DNA of 63,026 nucleotides, the filler included, from Octopus bimaculoides (taxonomy: Eukaryota), in NCBI RefSeq assembly GCF_001194135.2. It is 6 parts of 6 records of this genome, joined end to end, with 100 filler letters (N's around TTAATTAATTAA, not from the genome) between each part and the next. Parts side by side here need not be neighbours in the genome. Positions count along the whole stretch, not along the records: positions 1 to 10,741 come from NC_068993.1; positions 10,842 to 21,314 come from NC_068992.1; 4 more parts are not named here. One strand, 5' to 3'. The notes below the pieces were generated by a model. That model did no database searches. It was not told where the DNA came from and worked only from the letters and a program-made list of their open reading frames with translations. This document shows, piece after piece, positions 1 through 12,290 of the stretch; positions within the stretch are counted from its first letter, which is position 1; each line of letters begins with the position of its first letter. Position numbers and translations under genes: made by a program.

Positions 1-160
1 ACACTGTGTCACGCTGAATATCCCCAAGAACTACGTTAAGGGTACACGTGTCTGTGGAGTGCTCAGCCACTTGCACGTTAATTTCACGAGCAGGCTGTTC
101 CGTTGATCGGATCAACTGGAACCCTCGACGTCGTAAGCGACGGAGTGCCAACAACAACAA
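1..160 (+). mobile_element. SINE family A, 3' half (cut by window edge)
   Basis: Near-identical to the 3' half of the full copies; ends in GGAGTGCCAACAACAACAA. Confidence 0.85.
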
Positions 161-504
161 TTGACAAAAAGTACTTGGTCATAATTTCCAGTTCTTTTAT
201 CCTTCCATAATTTGAATGTTTCATTCACTGCAGAATATTTTTTCTTCTCAGACGATGGAGAATGTATAATTGTGATTTACGTAATAAACTCAATTCTTGT
301 TAACATTATTTGTCTCTTCTGTTTTTTTTTTTTAGAAAATTATTACTGATACAGTATTATTATTGTTCAAAATGATATATTAATTAAATAACCATGTGTA
401 TATATACGCACGATTACACACATATATATGTGCATATATATATGCATATATACATATATATATGCATATATATACATATTCATATATACACATACATATG
501 TATT

Positions 505-544
<40 letters not shown>

Positions 545-629
545 CACATTCACTCACATACATATACATATATAAATACACAAATATGCATACATATACA
601 TATCTATGTATATTTTCAAATATATGGAA

Positions 630-667
<38 letters not shown>

Positions 668-1464
668 AGTACACAAGTACACACACGTACACACACAAAC
701 ATACTCACCCCCCCCCCACACAGAGTTCTAAATCGTCAGTGAACTACAGACCGCATAACAGCTACAAAATATACAAACTTCTCAATTTCCCAATGTATAA
801 AATATATTCAACATAGTAACTTCATAATGTCGATAATGAACACAAACGAAATTTGAAAATCATATATTTTCTATATATTTAATAAGCACAAACATTTTAG
901 CTAAGCAATCAGAGCTTCGAGCAGTTCAGCTACAACAGGCATTTTATGGTGAATGAATGCAAATGAAACGATTACTAATTTTCAAAATAAATATATATTT
1001 ATTAAATTAGAATAATATTAAAGCAAATTTTTCGTTTCTATATTTGTAATGAATATTTGTCATTAGAAACGAGGATACTGTTTAACGTTTAATTACAGGC
1101 TTAAAATGGTTTGTGATTACACATTGTGGCAAAAATACGTTCCCAATTTAAGAATATGCAGTAAGCAAGGACAATGATTGCAATGAATTTTGAGTAATCT
1201 CTTTAGTGGACGGACAAACGGAGATGAAAATATACACTGCCAGTTCTATATTTCTGTGACAAGGAATTAATATTATTTATGATTACATTAGGCGGAGTGG
1301 TATCCTCGTTTAAGATGAAAACACCACTTTGACTAATGTAACCATAAGTAATATAAATTCATCAACTCAGAAATATAAAATTGTATTATCCAATCGGTAT
1401 GGAGCCGACATAAGACATCGATGGTGGTTTATAAACCTTAAAAATTCACGCTGCTGCTGCCTTC

Positions 1465-1630
1465 GGCCGTAGCATAGTGGATTGAGGCGTTGATTGATTC
1501 AATGCAATCGCGTAGAGGTTTTGAGTTAAATCTCAGGCAAGACACTAAGGTGAATCACAAGATACCTGAAGAAGGCTGGAATGTACAATAGCCGAAACGT
1601 TGCGAGAAAGCAACAAACAAGATGAGAACA
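1465..1630 (+). mobile_element. Family F-related copy (tRNA-like head plus hammerhead-like motif)
   Basis: TAGCATAGTGG...GAGTTAAATC head; CTGAAGA-A-GGCT...AGCC-GAAACGTT; CAACAAACAAGATGAG as in the 53.9-kb copy. Confidence 0.65.
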
Positions 1631-2392
1631 CCAGTTTAAGAAATCTTACCATAAATTGTGTGGCTCTGTGGTAAGAAGCTTGCTTCTCAACCACATGTTT
1701 GCGGGATCAGTCCCACTGCGTGGCACATTGGGCAAATGTCTTCTGTTATAGTCTCGGACCGACTAAAGTCTTGTTTTATGAGTCCAAGAGCACGAATTAA
1801 AAAAAAAAAAATCAGCAAGGGCCGTATGATATTTAATCAAGAACCTTATTCTAATTACTCGGTGGGTGGGATTGTAACATACAGCAGCGCTTAATTATTG
1901 AGGCTAATTAAATCGACTATATTCCTTGTCCCTAGGTAAGAGATCAGCATTCAAGCGTTTTTGATGTTTGTATAAATGAGGCGTATTCCACGATACGTAT
2001 TCCTGGTGCTTTTGTGTGATTTATCATTTCTTAAAGCCTCATGGGTATCAGATGAAAGAGCTCTTACATAACAAGATCTTTTGATCAGATCTGAATTTAG
2101 TTCCCTCCGCAACCCAATGCCACTTAAATACTTAATGATACTTCCTAATCTGTCATTTAAATATAATATATATCTTTTAGTTTTTTTTGTCTGTCTTTGG
2201 AATGCGGCCATGCTGGAGCACAACATTCAAGGGTTAAGTCGAATAAATCGACTCTGGTACTTATTGTTAAGCCAGATACGCATTCTATCGATCTCTTTTT
2301 GTCACCGTTAAGTTACGGGGACGTAAACAAATCAACGCTGGTTGACAAATACAAACACACACACACATATAAAACGGGCTTTTTTCAGTTTC

Positions 2393-2544
2393 TTATTTCT
2401 TTACTGTCCACAAGGGGCTACACACAGAGGGGACAAACAAGGACAGACAAAGGGATTAAGTCGATTATATCGACCTCGGTGCGTAACTGGTACTTAATTT
2501 ATCGACTTCCGAAAGGATGAAAGGCAAAGTCGACATCGGCGGAA
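2393..2544 (-). mobile_element. SINE family B (tail type B2), abutting or nested in a family C copy
   Basis: Central GTCGACTTTGCCTTTCATCCTTTCGG..GTCGATAAATTAAGTACCAG domain; joins family C at TTTCAGTTTC|TTATTTC. Confidence 0.75.
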
Positions 2545-2564
2545 CCTGGTTTCATCTACTACTG

Positions 2565-2600
<36 letters not shown>

Positions 2601-3663
2601 ATAATNNNNNNNNNNNNNNNNNNNNNNNNNNNNNNNNNNNNNNNNNNNNNNNNNNNNNNNNNNNNNNNNNNNNNNNNNNNNNNNNNNNNNNNNNNNNNNN
2701 NNNNNNNNNNNNNNNNNNNNNNNNNNNNNNNNNNNNNNNNNNNNNNNNNNNNNNNNNNNNNNNNNNNNNNNNNNNNNNNNNNNNNNNNNNNNNNNNNNNN
2801 NNNNNNNNNNNNNNNNNNNNNNNNNNNNNNNNNNNNNNNNNNNNNNNNNNNNNNNNNNNNNNNNNNNNNNNNNNNNNNNNNNNNNNNNNNNNNNNNNNNN
2901 NNNNNNNNNNNNNNNNNNNNNNNNNNNNNNNNNNNNNNNNNNNNNGCTTACACCACCACTACTACTACTCAACGGTCGGAATAAAGTGCAACAAATGCAT
3001 GTTGCTTTTTTGGAGTGGGATTAACCGGTAATCCTATAGGGCTCAGATGAAATTAGCTGCCAGCTACCTCCCAGGGGCAATTTGTAAGCGATATCATCTC
3101 ACAACCCCCGTTCATCTCGATCACGATTTCAAGTGTTCTGGGGGAGGTAAAATGAAGAGAAGGAATAACCTGCAACTGTTACACCCGTTTACCAATATTT
3201 GGTTGTGTGCACCTAAGCAAAGACACTTGTTTACATCATCATCAAAGGATCCCGTTTTTTCTTCTTTTTTTTTTCTCAGGTTTTAGAATGTATGCTTCGC
3301 AGTTGCTTCAACAGCAAGTAGGGGGTAGGCGTTATTTATGAAGGTGGTGGTACTGGTGGTGGTGGTGGTGGTGATGGTAGTGATGGTGGTGGAAGTGATG
3401 ATAGTGATATCAGTGTTGGTGATGGTGGTGGTGGTGTGGTGATGGTGGTGAAGGTGATGATGGAGGTATTGGTGGTGGTGATGGTGGTGGTTGTGGTGGT
3501 GGTGTGGTGATGGTGATGTTAATGGTGTTGTCGGTAGTGGTGGTGGTGGTAGTTTACTACGAAGAAAAATGAGAAGGTTAGTTTAAAAGAAGCAGGAGAG
3601 AGAGAGAAAGATAGAGATGGATAGAGATAGATAGATAGATAGAGAGACAGATAGAGAGATGGA

Positions 3664-3718
<55 letters not shown>

Positions 3719-4126
3719 NNNNNNNNNNNNNNNNNNNNNNNNNNNNNNNNNNNNNNNNNNNNNNNNNNNNNNNNNNNNNNNNNNNNNNNNNNNNNNNNNN
3801 NNNNNNNNNNNNNNNNNNNNNNNNNNNNNNNNNNNNNNNNNNNNNNNNNNNNNNNNNNNNNNNNNNNNNNNNATATATATGCATATATATGCATATATAT
3901 ATGCATATCTATATAAAATACATACACAAGCGTGCATGTACACACGCACACACACACACAAATATATATATGTACAAGCATACATGTACACACACACATA
4001 CACACACATATACATATAAGCATGCATGCACACTCACATACACACAGACACAGAGACACGTACCTAGACACAAGCACGCATACACACGAACACGTACACA
4101 CACACGCATACACATACATATGCGTG

Positions 4127-4317
4127 GGAGCGCGTGGTTTAGCATGTTATACTCACGATCCGTAAAGGTGCATGGCTTAGTGTTTAGGGTGTCGGGCTCA
4201 CAATCATGAGGTAGTGAGTTCGATTCCCAGACTGGGCTGCATGTTGTGTTCTTGAGCAAGACACTTCATTTCACGTTGCTCCAGTTCACTCAGCTGTAGA
4301 AATGAATTGCGGCGTCG
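4127..4317 (+). mobile_element. SINE family D (tRNA head plus CORE-like domain), with duplicated head
   Basis: GTGTTCTTGAGCAAGACACTTCATTTCACGTTGCTCCAGTTCACTCAGCTGTAGAAATG is colinear with the MIR-type CORE consensus as I recall it. Further copies at 12318-12505 (+), 24900-25060 (-) and 31480-31745 (+). Confidence 0.7.
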
Positions 4318-4350
4318 ATTGCGTGCTACGATCTTACCGTCTCGTCCCTT

Positions 4351-4786
4351 TAATAATCCTTTCTACTAAAGGCACAAGGCCTGAAATTTTGCGGAAGGAG
4401 ACTAGTCGATTACATCGACCCCAGTGCGTAACTGGTACTTAATTTATCGACACCGAAAGGATGAAAAGCAAAGTTGACCTCGGCGGAATTTGAACTCAGA
4501 ACGAAAATACAGACGAAATACCGCTAAGCATCTCGCCCGGCCTGCTAACGATTCTTATTTCTTTATTGCTCACAAGGGGCTAAATATAGAGGGGACAAAC
4601 AAGGACAGACAAAGGGATTAAGTCGATTACATCGACCACAGTGCATAACTGGTACTTAATTCATCGACCCCGAAAGGGTGAATGGCAAAGTCGACCTCGG
4701 CGGAATTTGAACTCAGAACGTAGCGACGGGCGAAATACCGCTAAACATTTCGTCCGGCGTGCTAACAGTTCTGCCAGCTCGTCACC
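4351..4786 (-). mobile_element. Two tandem SINE family B copies with different 3' tails (B1 4351-4554, B2 4555-4786)
   Basis: Shared tRNA-like head (GGCAGAA..GTTAGCA...GAGTTCAAATTCC) and central domain, with different tails. Confidence 0.8.
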
Positions 4787-5099
4787 TTAATAATCAAAAA
4801 ACGTTTTAGTCTCTTTCCATTTTCTCACTATTCAAGAATTTCTTTCTAACTGCAGAAAGATAAATTCGTTAAAAGATGACAACACGATGTACAATAAACA
4901 AATACAGAAATTAGAAAACGTCCAACTTAAAACTAATTTGGAATGCTTTTTCTTTTAATTAGAGAGTAACATATGAATAATAATGTATTGAAGCGAAAAG
5001 ATATCGCGCAATTAATAATAATTAAATATAATTAACTAAGAATATACAGACATTTTTCTCTATGTACGACACAAGAAAACTTGTTACAAAATAGTGTTG

Positions 5100-5255
5100 A
5101 ATATTTACATTGGTGGGGATAGGTGTTTTCACCTTGTTTGTTTTTATCACAACTTTTCGGCTGATGTATTCTCCAGCCTTCATCAGGTGTTCTGTGGGAT
5201 TTTTGAACCCGAATCTTTATTTGACTAATGGGGTACTCTGTTCTCATTCCTAAGG
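5100..5255 (-). mobile_element. Family F copy (3' part with hammerhead-like motif)
   Basis: Minus strand TAGGAATGAGAAC...AACAC-CTGATGA-A-GGCTG...CAGCC-GAA-AAGT-T-GTGAT. Confidence 0.7.
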
Positions 5256-5819
5256 TAGCACATATGCTAGGACACAATAACCTCCTAAGCAGACCTCGTG
5301 CAGATATGATTAGAATATGGGAACCGGTATTAAATCGACTTCGTTAATGAGAATTTTAAACATAACTACAAGTTTTTAAATTTAGGGAAAGCGGTGGAGT
5401 CAATTTAATCAGTTCTAAAAAACTGAATGGTATTTATATTTTATTAGGCGGAAGAAAACGTTGGCCAAGGCGAGATTTGAACCCAGAAAAGTAAGTATTA
5501 AATCAAGGCTTTTGTCTGATGGTCCAAAGATGTTGATATCCTAGTGTTATAACTGGCTGACGAACACGATCGACGTTTGATAATATCTGATGCATAATTA
5601 TTTCGACGTTATTTGTATTACACTCGCTCACTCATTCGCTCCGACATTTTTAGAACCTTGTCTTGCCTGGTGATTTTCAACAGCTTTCTCAGGCAGTTCA
5701 TATGGAAGCGGTGTAGCAGTATCTTGGCGTAGCGTTCGTAAACCGTCCAAGTCTCTTAGGCAGTACAACTGCCTTGCATACTTTCAACTTGGTGGCCAGC
5801 CTAATGCACACACACATAT

Positions 5820-6213
5820 TTGTTGTTGTTGGCACTCCGTCGCTTACGACGTCGAGGGTTCCAGTTGATCCGATCAACGGAACAGCCTGCTCGTGAAATT
5901 AACGTGCAAGTGGCTGAGCACTCCACAGACACGTGTACCCTTAACGTAGTTCTTGGGGGATATTCAGCGTGACACAGTGTGTGGCAAGGCTGACCGTTTG
6001 AATTACAGGCACAACAGAAACAGGAAGAAAGAGTGAGAGAAAGTTGTGGTGAAAGAGTACAGCAGGGTTCGCCACCATCCCCTGCCGGAGCCTCGTGGAG
6101 CTTTTAGGTGTTTTCGCTCAATAAACACTCACAACGCCCGGTCTGGGAATCGAAACCGCAATTCCTATGACCGCGAGTCCGCTGCCCTAACCACTGGGCC
6201 ATTGCGCCTCCAC
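5820..6213 (-). mobile_element. SINE family A, full length (~395 bp, tRNA-derived head)
   Basis: Minus-strand head GTGGAGGCGCAATGGCCCAGTGGTTAGG...GGTTTCGATTCC (A/B boxes); (CAA)n tail; multiple copies in the window. Confidence 0.9.
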
Positions 6214-8081
6214 ATTTAGCGAGATACATAATCACAAATGTCCGTCTTTCTATCAATCTTTCTGTCTGTCTCTCTGTCTCTCCCTCTCTCTGTAGATAGA
6301 CAGATAGGTAGACCGTACATGCATATGGAAGGAAGAGATGAGTGAATCTATGTACAAAACAGATAAACCTATTCCCATTAAATACATCTATTTATGTTTG
6401 CAGAGAGCCTTAAGGGAGCAATTAGAGCAGAACTTACAATAACTCACCTGCCACTCATTAAAATTACTTTCAGCAGGGCTGTGGCTTGGCAGAATCGGTT
6501 GAGCATCCAACAAGCATGTTTTGTGTTATTTCGTTGCGTTTACTTTCAGTTCTGAGTTCAAATCCTGCTTGAAGATTTAACTTTCACTTTAATTCTTCTG
6601 GGATCGTGATCGATAAAATAAAATACCATTTAAGTACAGTGGTTGATTAAATTAATTACAAGGTTTCGCCTAAATTTGAAAGTTTGTATTTTTTTTTTTT
6701 AAGAAAAGGCATGGCTGTGTGGTTAAAGAAGCTCATTTCACACCGCATAGTTTTGTGTTCAGTCCCACTGTGCGGCATCTTGGGGGAAGTATTTTCTACC
6801 GTAGCCATGAACCGATTTAGGCATTGTGAGTAAATTTGGTCGTCGGAAACCGTTCCTGTAGAGTTGATCTCGAACCAGTAATGCTCCTCAACAGCACTGC
6901 CAAGCTAGGGATTTCTGGAAATTATCTATAGTAGTAGTCCTCGGTCCGAAAAATCCTCCGGAACCGACCAGCTAGTTCGTCCTCGTTGACGCCTTTGGTA
7001 GGTTGTTGATTATATCAACTCGAGTATTTGATTGGTACTTAATCGACACCAGAGGGCTGAAAGGCAAAGCTGGTCTTCGGCTGAATTTGAACTCAGAGCG
7101 TTAAGACGGACGAAATACCGCTAAGCATATTGCCCGGCATGCTAACGGTTCTGCTAGTTCATTGCCTAGATAATAATAATAATANNNNNNNNNNNNNNNN
7201 NNNNNNNNNNNNNNNNNNNNNNNNNNNNNNNNNNNNNNNNNNNNNNNNNNNNNNNNNNNNNNNNNNNNNNNNNNNNNNNNNNNNNNNNNNNNNNNNNNNN
7301 NNNNNNNNNNNNNNNNNNNNNNNNNNNNNNNNNNNNNNNNNNNNNNNNNNNNNNNNNNNNNNNNNNNNNNNNNNNNNNNNNNNNNNNNNNNNNNNNNNNN
7401 NNNNNNNNNNNNNNNNNNNNNNNNNNNNNNNNNNNNNNNNNNNNNNNNNNNNNNNNNNNNNNNNNNNNNNNNNNNNNNNNNNNNNNNNNNNNNNNNNNNN
7501 NNNNNNNNNNNNNNNNNNNNNNNNNNNNNNNNNNNNNNNNNNNNNNNNNNNNNNNNNNNNNNNNNNNNNNNNNNNNNNNNNNNNNNNNNNNNNNNNNNNN
7601 NNNNNNNNNNNNNNNNNNNNNNNNNNNNNNNNNNNNNNNNNNNNNNNNNNNNNNNNNNNNNNNNNNNNNNNNNNNNNNNNNNNNNNNNNNNNNNNNNNNN
7701 NNNNNNNNNNNNNNNNNNNNNNNNNNNNNNNNNNNNNNNNNNNNNNNNNNNNNNNNNNNNNNNNNNNNNNNNNNNNNNNNNNNNNNNNNNNNNNNNNNNN
7801 NNNNNNNNNNNNNNNNNNNNNNNNNNNNNNNNNNNNNNNNNNNNNNNNNNNNNNNNNNNNNNNNNNNNNNNNNNNNNNNNNNNNNNNNNNNNNNNNNNNN
7901 NNNNNNNNNNNNNNNNNNNNNNNNNNNNNNNNNNNNNNNATATATATATATGTGTGTGTGTGTGTGTATGTGTGTGTGTTTGTCAGCCTTGGCGGAATTT
8001 GAACTCAGAGCGTTAAGACGGACGAAATACCGCTAAGCATATTGCCCGGCATGCTAACGGTTCTGCTAGTTCATTGCCTAG

Positions 8082-8137
<56 letters not shown>

Positions 8138-8138
<1 letters not shown>

Positions 8139-8395
8139 GTCAAGACCTACCAAAAACTGAGCAAGTATAAAGAGGGAATAAAGATCTTGAAATAGATCTT
8201 TATACTCTCTTGAAATAGAATTTGGCAAAATGTGGAACCTGAAGACTAAAACAATACATGTTGTCATAGGTGCCCTAAGAATGATAGCAACATGAGCTGA
8301 TTGCTACCTGGCTCAGATACCAGGAAAACCCAAAATGGCAGAAATTCAAAAGATAGTGCTCATGGGAACCGCCCATATCCTACGTAAATACTGAC
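8138..8395 (+). mobile_element. R4/Dong-clade non-LTR element, C-terminal restriction-like endonuclease region
   Basis: LEIEFGKMWNLKTKTIHVVIGALRMI...IPGKPKMAEIQKIVLMGTAHILRK; directly abuts a (TAA)n tract. Confidence 0.75.
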
Positions 8396-9159
8396 TTTGC
8401 ATTTTATAAGTATATATTTCATCAATCTTAAAATTTCCTCTTCCTGATTTAAATGGATTGGCACTCACATGTCGCAGTGTTTAACACCATTTATAATTCA
8501 TAAGTTCCCTTTTGCTGTTTCTCTGTGGATTGCAAAAAAAAAAAAAAAAAAAAAAAAAAGAAAGGAACAAGAAAGGGACGCTTTCTTTTTGAGGATTTTC
8601 CAGTGAGAGCTTAATAGCTTGTACTTTTTCAATTTCCTTTTTATCACAGTGACAGTCAATGTATAATCATTAGCTGAAGTTCATTATCTGATAATTATCA
8701 CTCTCATGTCGTTTATGTATGATCATTCGATTGAGTTTATGAGTAATTATCATTAAGAAGCGGTTAATTAAGAATGATTAGCTATGGTTTATTACCAAGT
8801 TGTTATTCAATGACAGTTTATTAATGATCCTTGGTTAGAGCCCACAATCATGGTTAATTAATAATTAACATCCAGAGTTCATTACAAATTATAATATATT
8901 TATTAATGTTATCTCTTCATTTTGTATTTTATGTCACTTTTCGTGTACAGTAATGTCATTGGTTACAAACTTCTTGCTGATGTCTACACCTTCCACCGTA
9001 GCAAAAACATATATACATACAAATGGTCACGATATCTGGGACTATAAAAATCTGTAAGGCCTTAAGATTTTACAAGATGATGGTTGAAACAAGATACTTT
9101 CCTTCACAACCTTAGATGGCCAATCAAAATGTACTTTAAATTAAAAAGAGAAAGAGAAC

Positions 9160-9194
<35 letters not shown>

Positions 9195-9249
9195 CACACA
9201 TACATACATACACACATATTTTTTTCTCTCCTTGTTTCTTTCTGTGTTC

Positions 9250-9285
9250 CTTTCTGTTGAAGAGCGTAGGCTCGAAACGTTAAAG
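9250..9285 (+). ncRNA. Minimal hammerhead-like motif with core substitution (CTGTTGA)
   Basis: CTTT-CTGTTGA-A-GAGC GTAG GCTC-GAA-ACGT-T-AAAG: all three stems pair, and A6 is replaced by U. Confidence 0.55.
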
Positions 9286-10704
9286 ACTTTCTCTATTCCC
9301 GAGCGTTATACTAATACATCCATTTGTTGTTTACACCACCTGTCTTCGTCTGTTGTTTTTTCGTGAATTCTCCCATACATACATACATACATACATACAT
9401 ACATACATACATAAGTCCAAAAGTTTATCATTGAAGTAGATATGAGTCTGTCTAGACATGCAACTAAATGCATGAGAAGACATACATAAAACAAGACATA
9501 CAAATCTGCACATATACATACATATAAAAATACCCTGTTGATGTTGAAATTCTACTGAAGGAGCCTTGGTTCTAGGTTAGAAACCGGTTCTTTCTCTATT
9601 GGCCAGAAATCCTGAAATAAAACTGAATAAGGGCATACAGACACACATACATACATACATGCATGCATACATACATACATACATATATACATACATACGT
9701 CCAAAAGTTTATCATTTAAGTATATATAGACATGCAACTAAATGCATGAGAAGACATGCATAAAACAAAGCATACATACATACATACATACATACCAGGG
9801 CCGGTTCAAGGTACCGGAAACTTGGGCAGTTTACTTTTTAATTTCTAAGAACCCGTAAGATGTTGGCTAAAGATTTTTACAATGTGATCAGCGACGAGAC
9901 GAGAGCAGTTGCATTTTTACAAGAAACCAGCACTAAATTCACATCATTTCTTAAGAAAAAGAAAGGTGCCACTTCGGCGTGTGATCTACAATTTAAAGGG
10001 AGATTACTTTAGGTTACTTTTTTTTTAGCTTACTTTGTGTTAGATCTACTTTCCGTGTGATCTACGTGAGCAGATTTACTTTGGTGAGTGATCTAAGCGC
10101 TTATTTTAATAATTATATGGTTTTGTTATAAAATCAGCAAGAATTTTGAAAAAATACATTTATAATGCTATGCATATACAAAATAATTAAAAAAGTAATC
10201 TAATGTAATCTTCCTTGTAAATCACACACCAACGTAGCACCCCTATATGATCTAACTTTTTCACAAGACAGTAGGTGGTAACACAAGCGAGATCTTACTG
10301 CTATTTCTAGCTATTCTAACAGGTCGAGCAACCACCAAGAATTATTCCCTTTTTGCTTATAAACAGCAACCTTAGACAACAAGAATCTATTAGTTAGTAG
10401 CTATCAGGTTGTGGAGTGACACTTTAGCCGTGATATACGTTAACGACTAGCTTTTTTCAGTAAGGAGCAAGATTTTTAATTGAATGTTATGTAATAGCTG
10501 TTAGCTAATGTCTTAACATATCTATTAGTGGTTTATCAGCATCAGTTTGGTGCCTGTAGCTAGAGAGACGAGTGCAGGGTGTACCGATATGCGAAGACGT
10601 GCGTGAGCGTACTTCTTGTTAGATATGTAGCTATGTGATGCATACTTGAGACATATTAGTTATTAAAAACATTATCTCTGAGTATGTTCACGCGTGTCTG
10701 AATG

Positions 10705-10741
<37 letters not shown>

Positions 10742-10841
10742 NNNNNNNNNNNNNNNNNNNNNNNNNNNNNNNNNNNNNNNNNNNNTTAATTAATTAANNN
10801 NNNNNNNNNNNNNNNNNNNNNNNNNNNNNNNNNNNNNNNNN
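10742..10841. other. Artificial 100-nt scaffold gap N44-TTAATTAATTAA-N44 (also at 21315-21414, 27506-27605, 47434-47533, 61349-61448)
   Basis: Identical geometry occurs five times, and the 12-mer has stops in all six frames. Confidence 0.9.
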
Positions 10842-10880
10842 TATATATATATACACACACATATATAGTCTGAAATCATT

Positions 10881-10985
10881 ATTGATACATCCAATCGAGG
10901 TACCCCATTGTATATTTTTGTAGACAACTGGCAGCCACTTGTCAACCAAAATATACAATGGGGTACCTCGATTGGATGTATCAAT
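10881..10985. repeat. 105-nt hairpin (perfect 38-bp arms)
   Basis: 10881-10918 is the exact reverse complement of 10948-10985. Confidence 0.9.
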
Positions 10986-11469
10986 GAGACAGACAGACAG
11001 ACAGACAGGCAGACAGGCAGATAGACAGAGAGACCGACAGACAGATTTGTTTAATTGCTTCAGCAGCAGGCTGTGACTATGTTGTTTTACCATCATTGAT
11101 GCTATTACTAGTTTTGTTTTAATTCACTTCCATAGCCCTTCCTCCGTATTTCGTTCTGTTAAGGCAGTTTTGTTTGTTAAGCTACACTGGATTAAGTTGA
11201 GCCCTTTTTTAAGTTAACCCTACGTGGCGACGACAATTGGGAACGATTGTCAGGCGACCGAGACCAGATGTTCTCCACAAAACCTTCGCTTTTTTCTTGT
11301 TCTGTGTGATCTCAGAATCCGATTAGCCAGTTGTCTGCATGTTGTCGCCAATTTAGTAATACGCACACAGAATGTTGTATCGTTACTTATATGGAATCCC
11401 ATGTCATGTACAGATTCTAATCAAACCAAATCAGAAAGTAGTATAATATTATAATCTATTCCACTACGA

Positions 11470-12290
11470 CAATAAGCGTTACATTGCATTTCGAGCAAAT
11501 TGGACGTTCATATCAGACTACAAGACTTTGCTTTGGTGTGACTGATGCTGCGAGTGCTTTTCAAAGAATGATGAATAGAACAATTATCGACAATAATATC
11601 AAAGTTCACACCTATGCCGACGATGTTATTGTCATTAGAAAAATTATTGAGAAGTACGTTGGAAATTTACTGCAATATATTCTAGTTACTGATATATTCG
11701 ATATTGGATTGGACAACGACAAAAATTTTCTCCGTTAAATAATCTATTCGTTACCTAGTTTACTAAAAAAAAAAAAAGAAAAAAAAAAAACAATCTCTGT
11801 AATCCGAACCGAAAAGTTCGAAATTTCTTATTACTCGACACACAACGATGCTAGATTAATTCCATTACGAAATTTGTTAAGTTATAATTCTAAATTGCTG
11901 TCTCCTTTCTCGGAATCTATCCAACCCTTACTAAATCATATATATTTTGCATTGTAAAAATTAACTAAGACGTTAATCGCCTACCTAACACTTCAATAGT
12001 TAATCTCCTTCGTCTCATTGTCTCTCTCTGTCTCGCTCTCGATTTCTCCATCTCTCTCTTTCATCTCACTTAACTATTCTGCTGCATGTTGAGACTAACT
12101 TTTATGGAATTACAATTTCGGGTGTCCTTTCACACCTTAATAGAATTTCTTCTCCAAAATCCTCTCTAGCCCTGAATGAAATCTCTCATCAGTTGAAAAG
12201 GTGCCGCTGCTCTCATACAAACTGTTCAAAAATTACGAATCTTCTATGTCGATGTTACTTTACATGACACAGTGACCACGAAGCAACATC
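11470..12290 (+). mobile_element. Gypsy/Ty3 LTR retrotransposon pol relic (RT-RNase H)
   Basis: RLCFGVTDAASAFQRMM...YADDVIV RT motifs, followed by frameshifted SVEK-AAALI...YFT..DH-like RNase H residues. Confidence 0.7.

Noticed and set aside
9550-9600. CTGAAGGA...GAAACCGGTT as another hammerhead
   Set aside because: The core does not fit CUGANGA, and no stem I pairs adjacent to it.
10786-10797. TTAATTAATTAA motif recurring five times
   Set aside because: It is always centred in N44...N44 100-nt gaps. This is an artificial six-frame-stop scaffolding linker, not biology.
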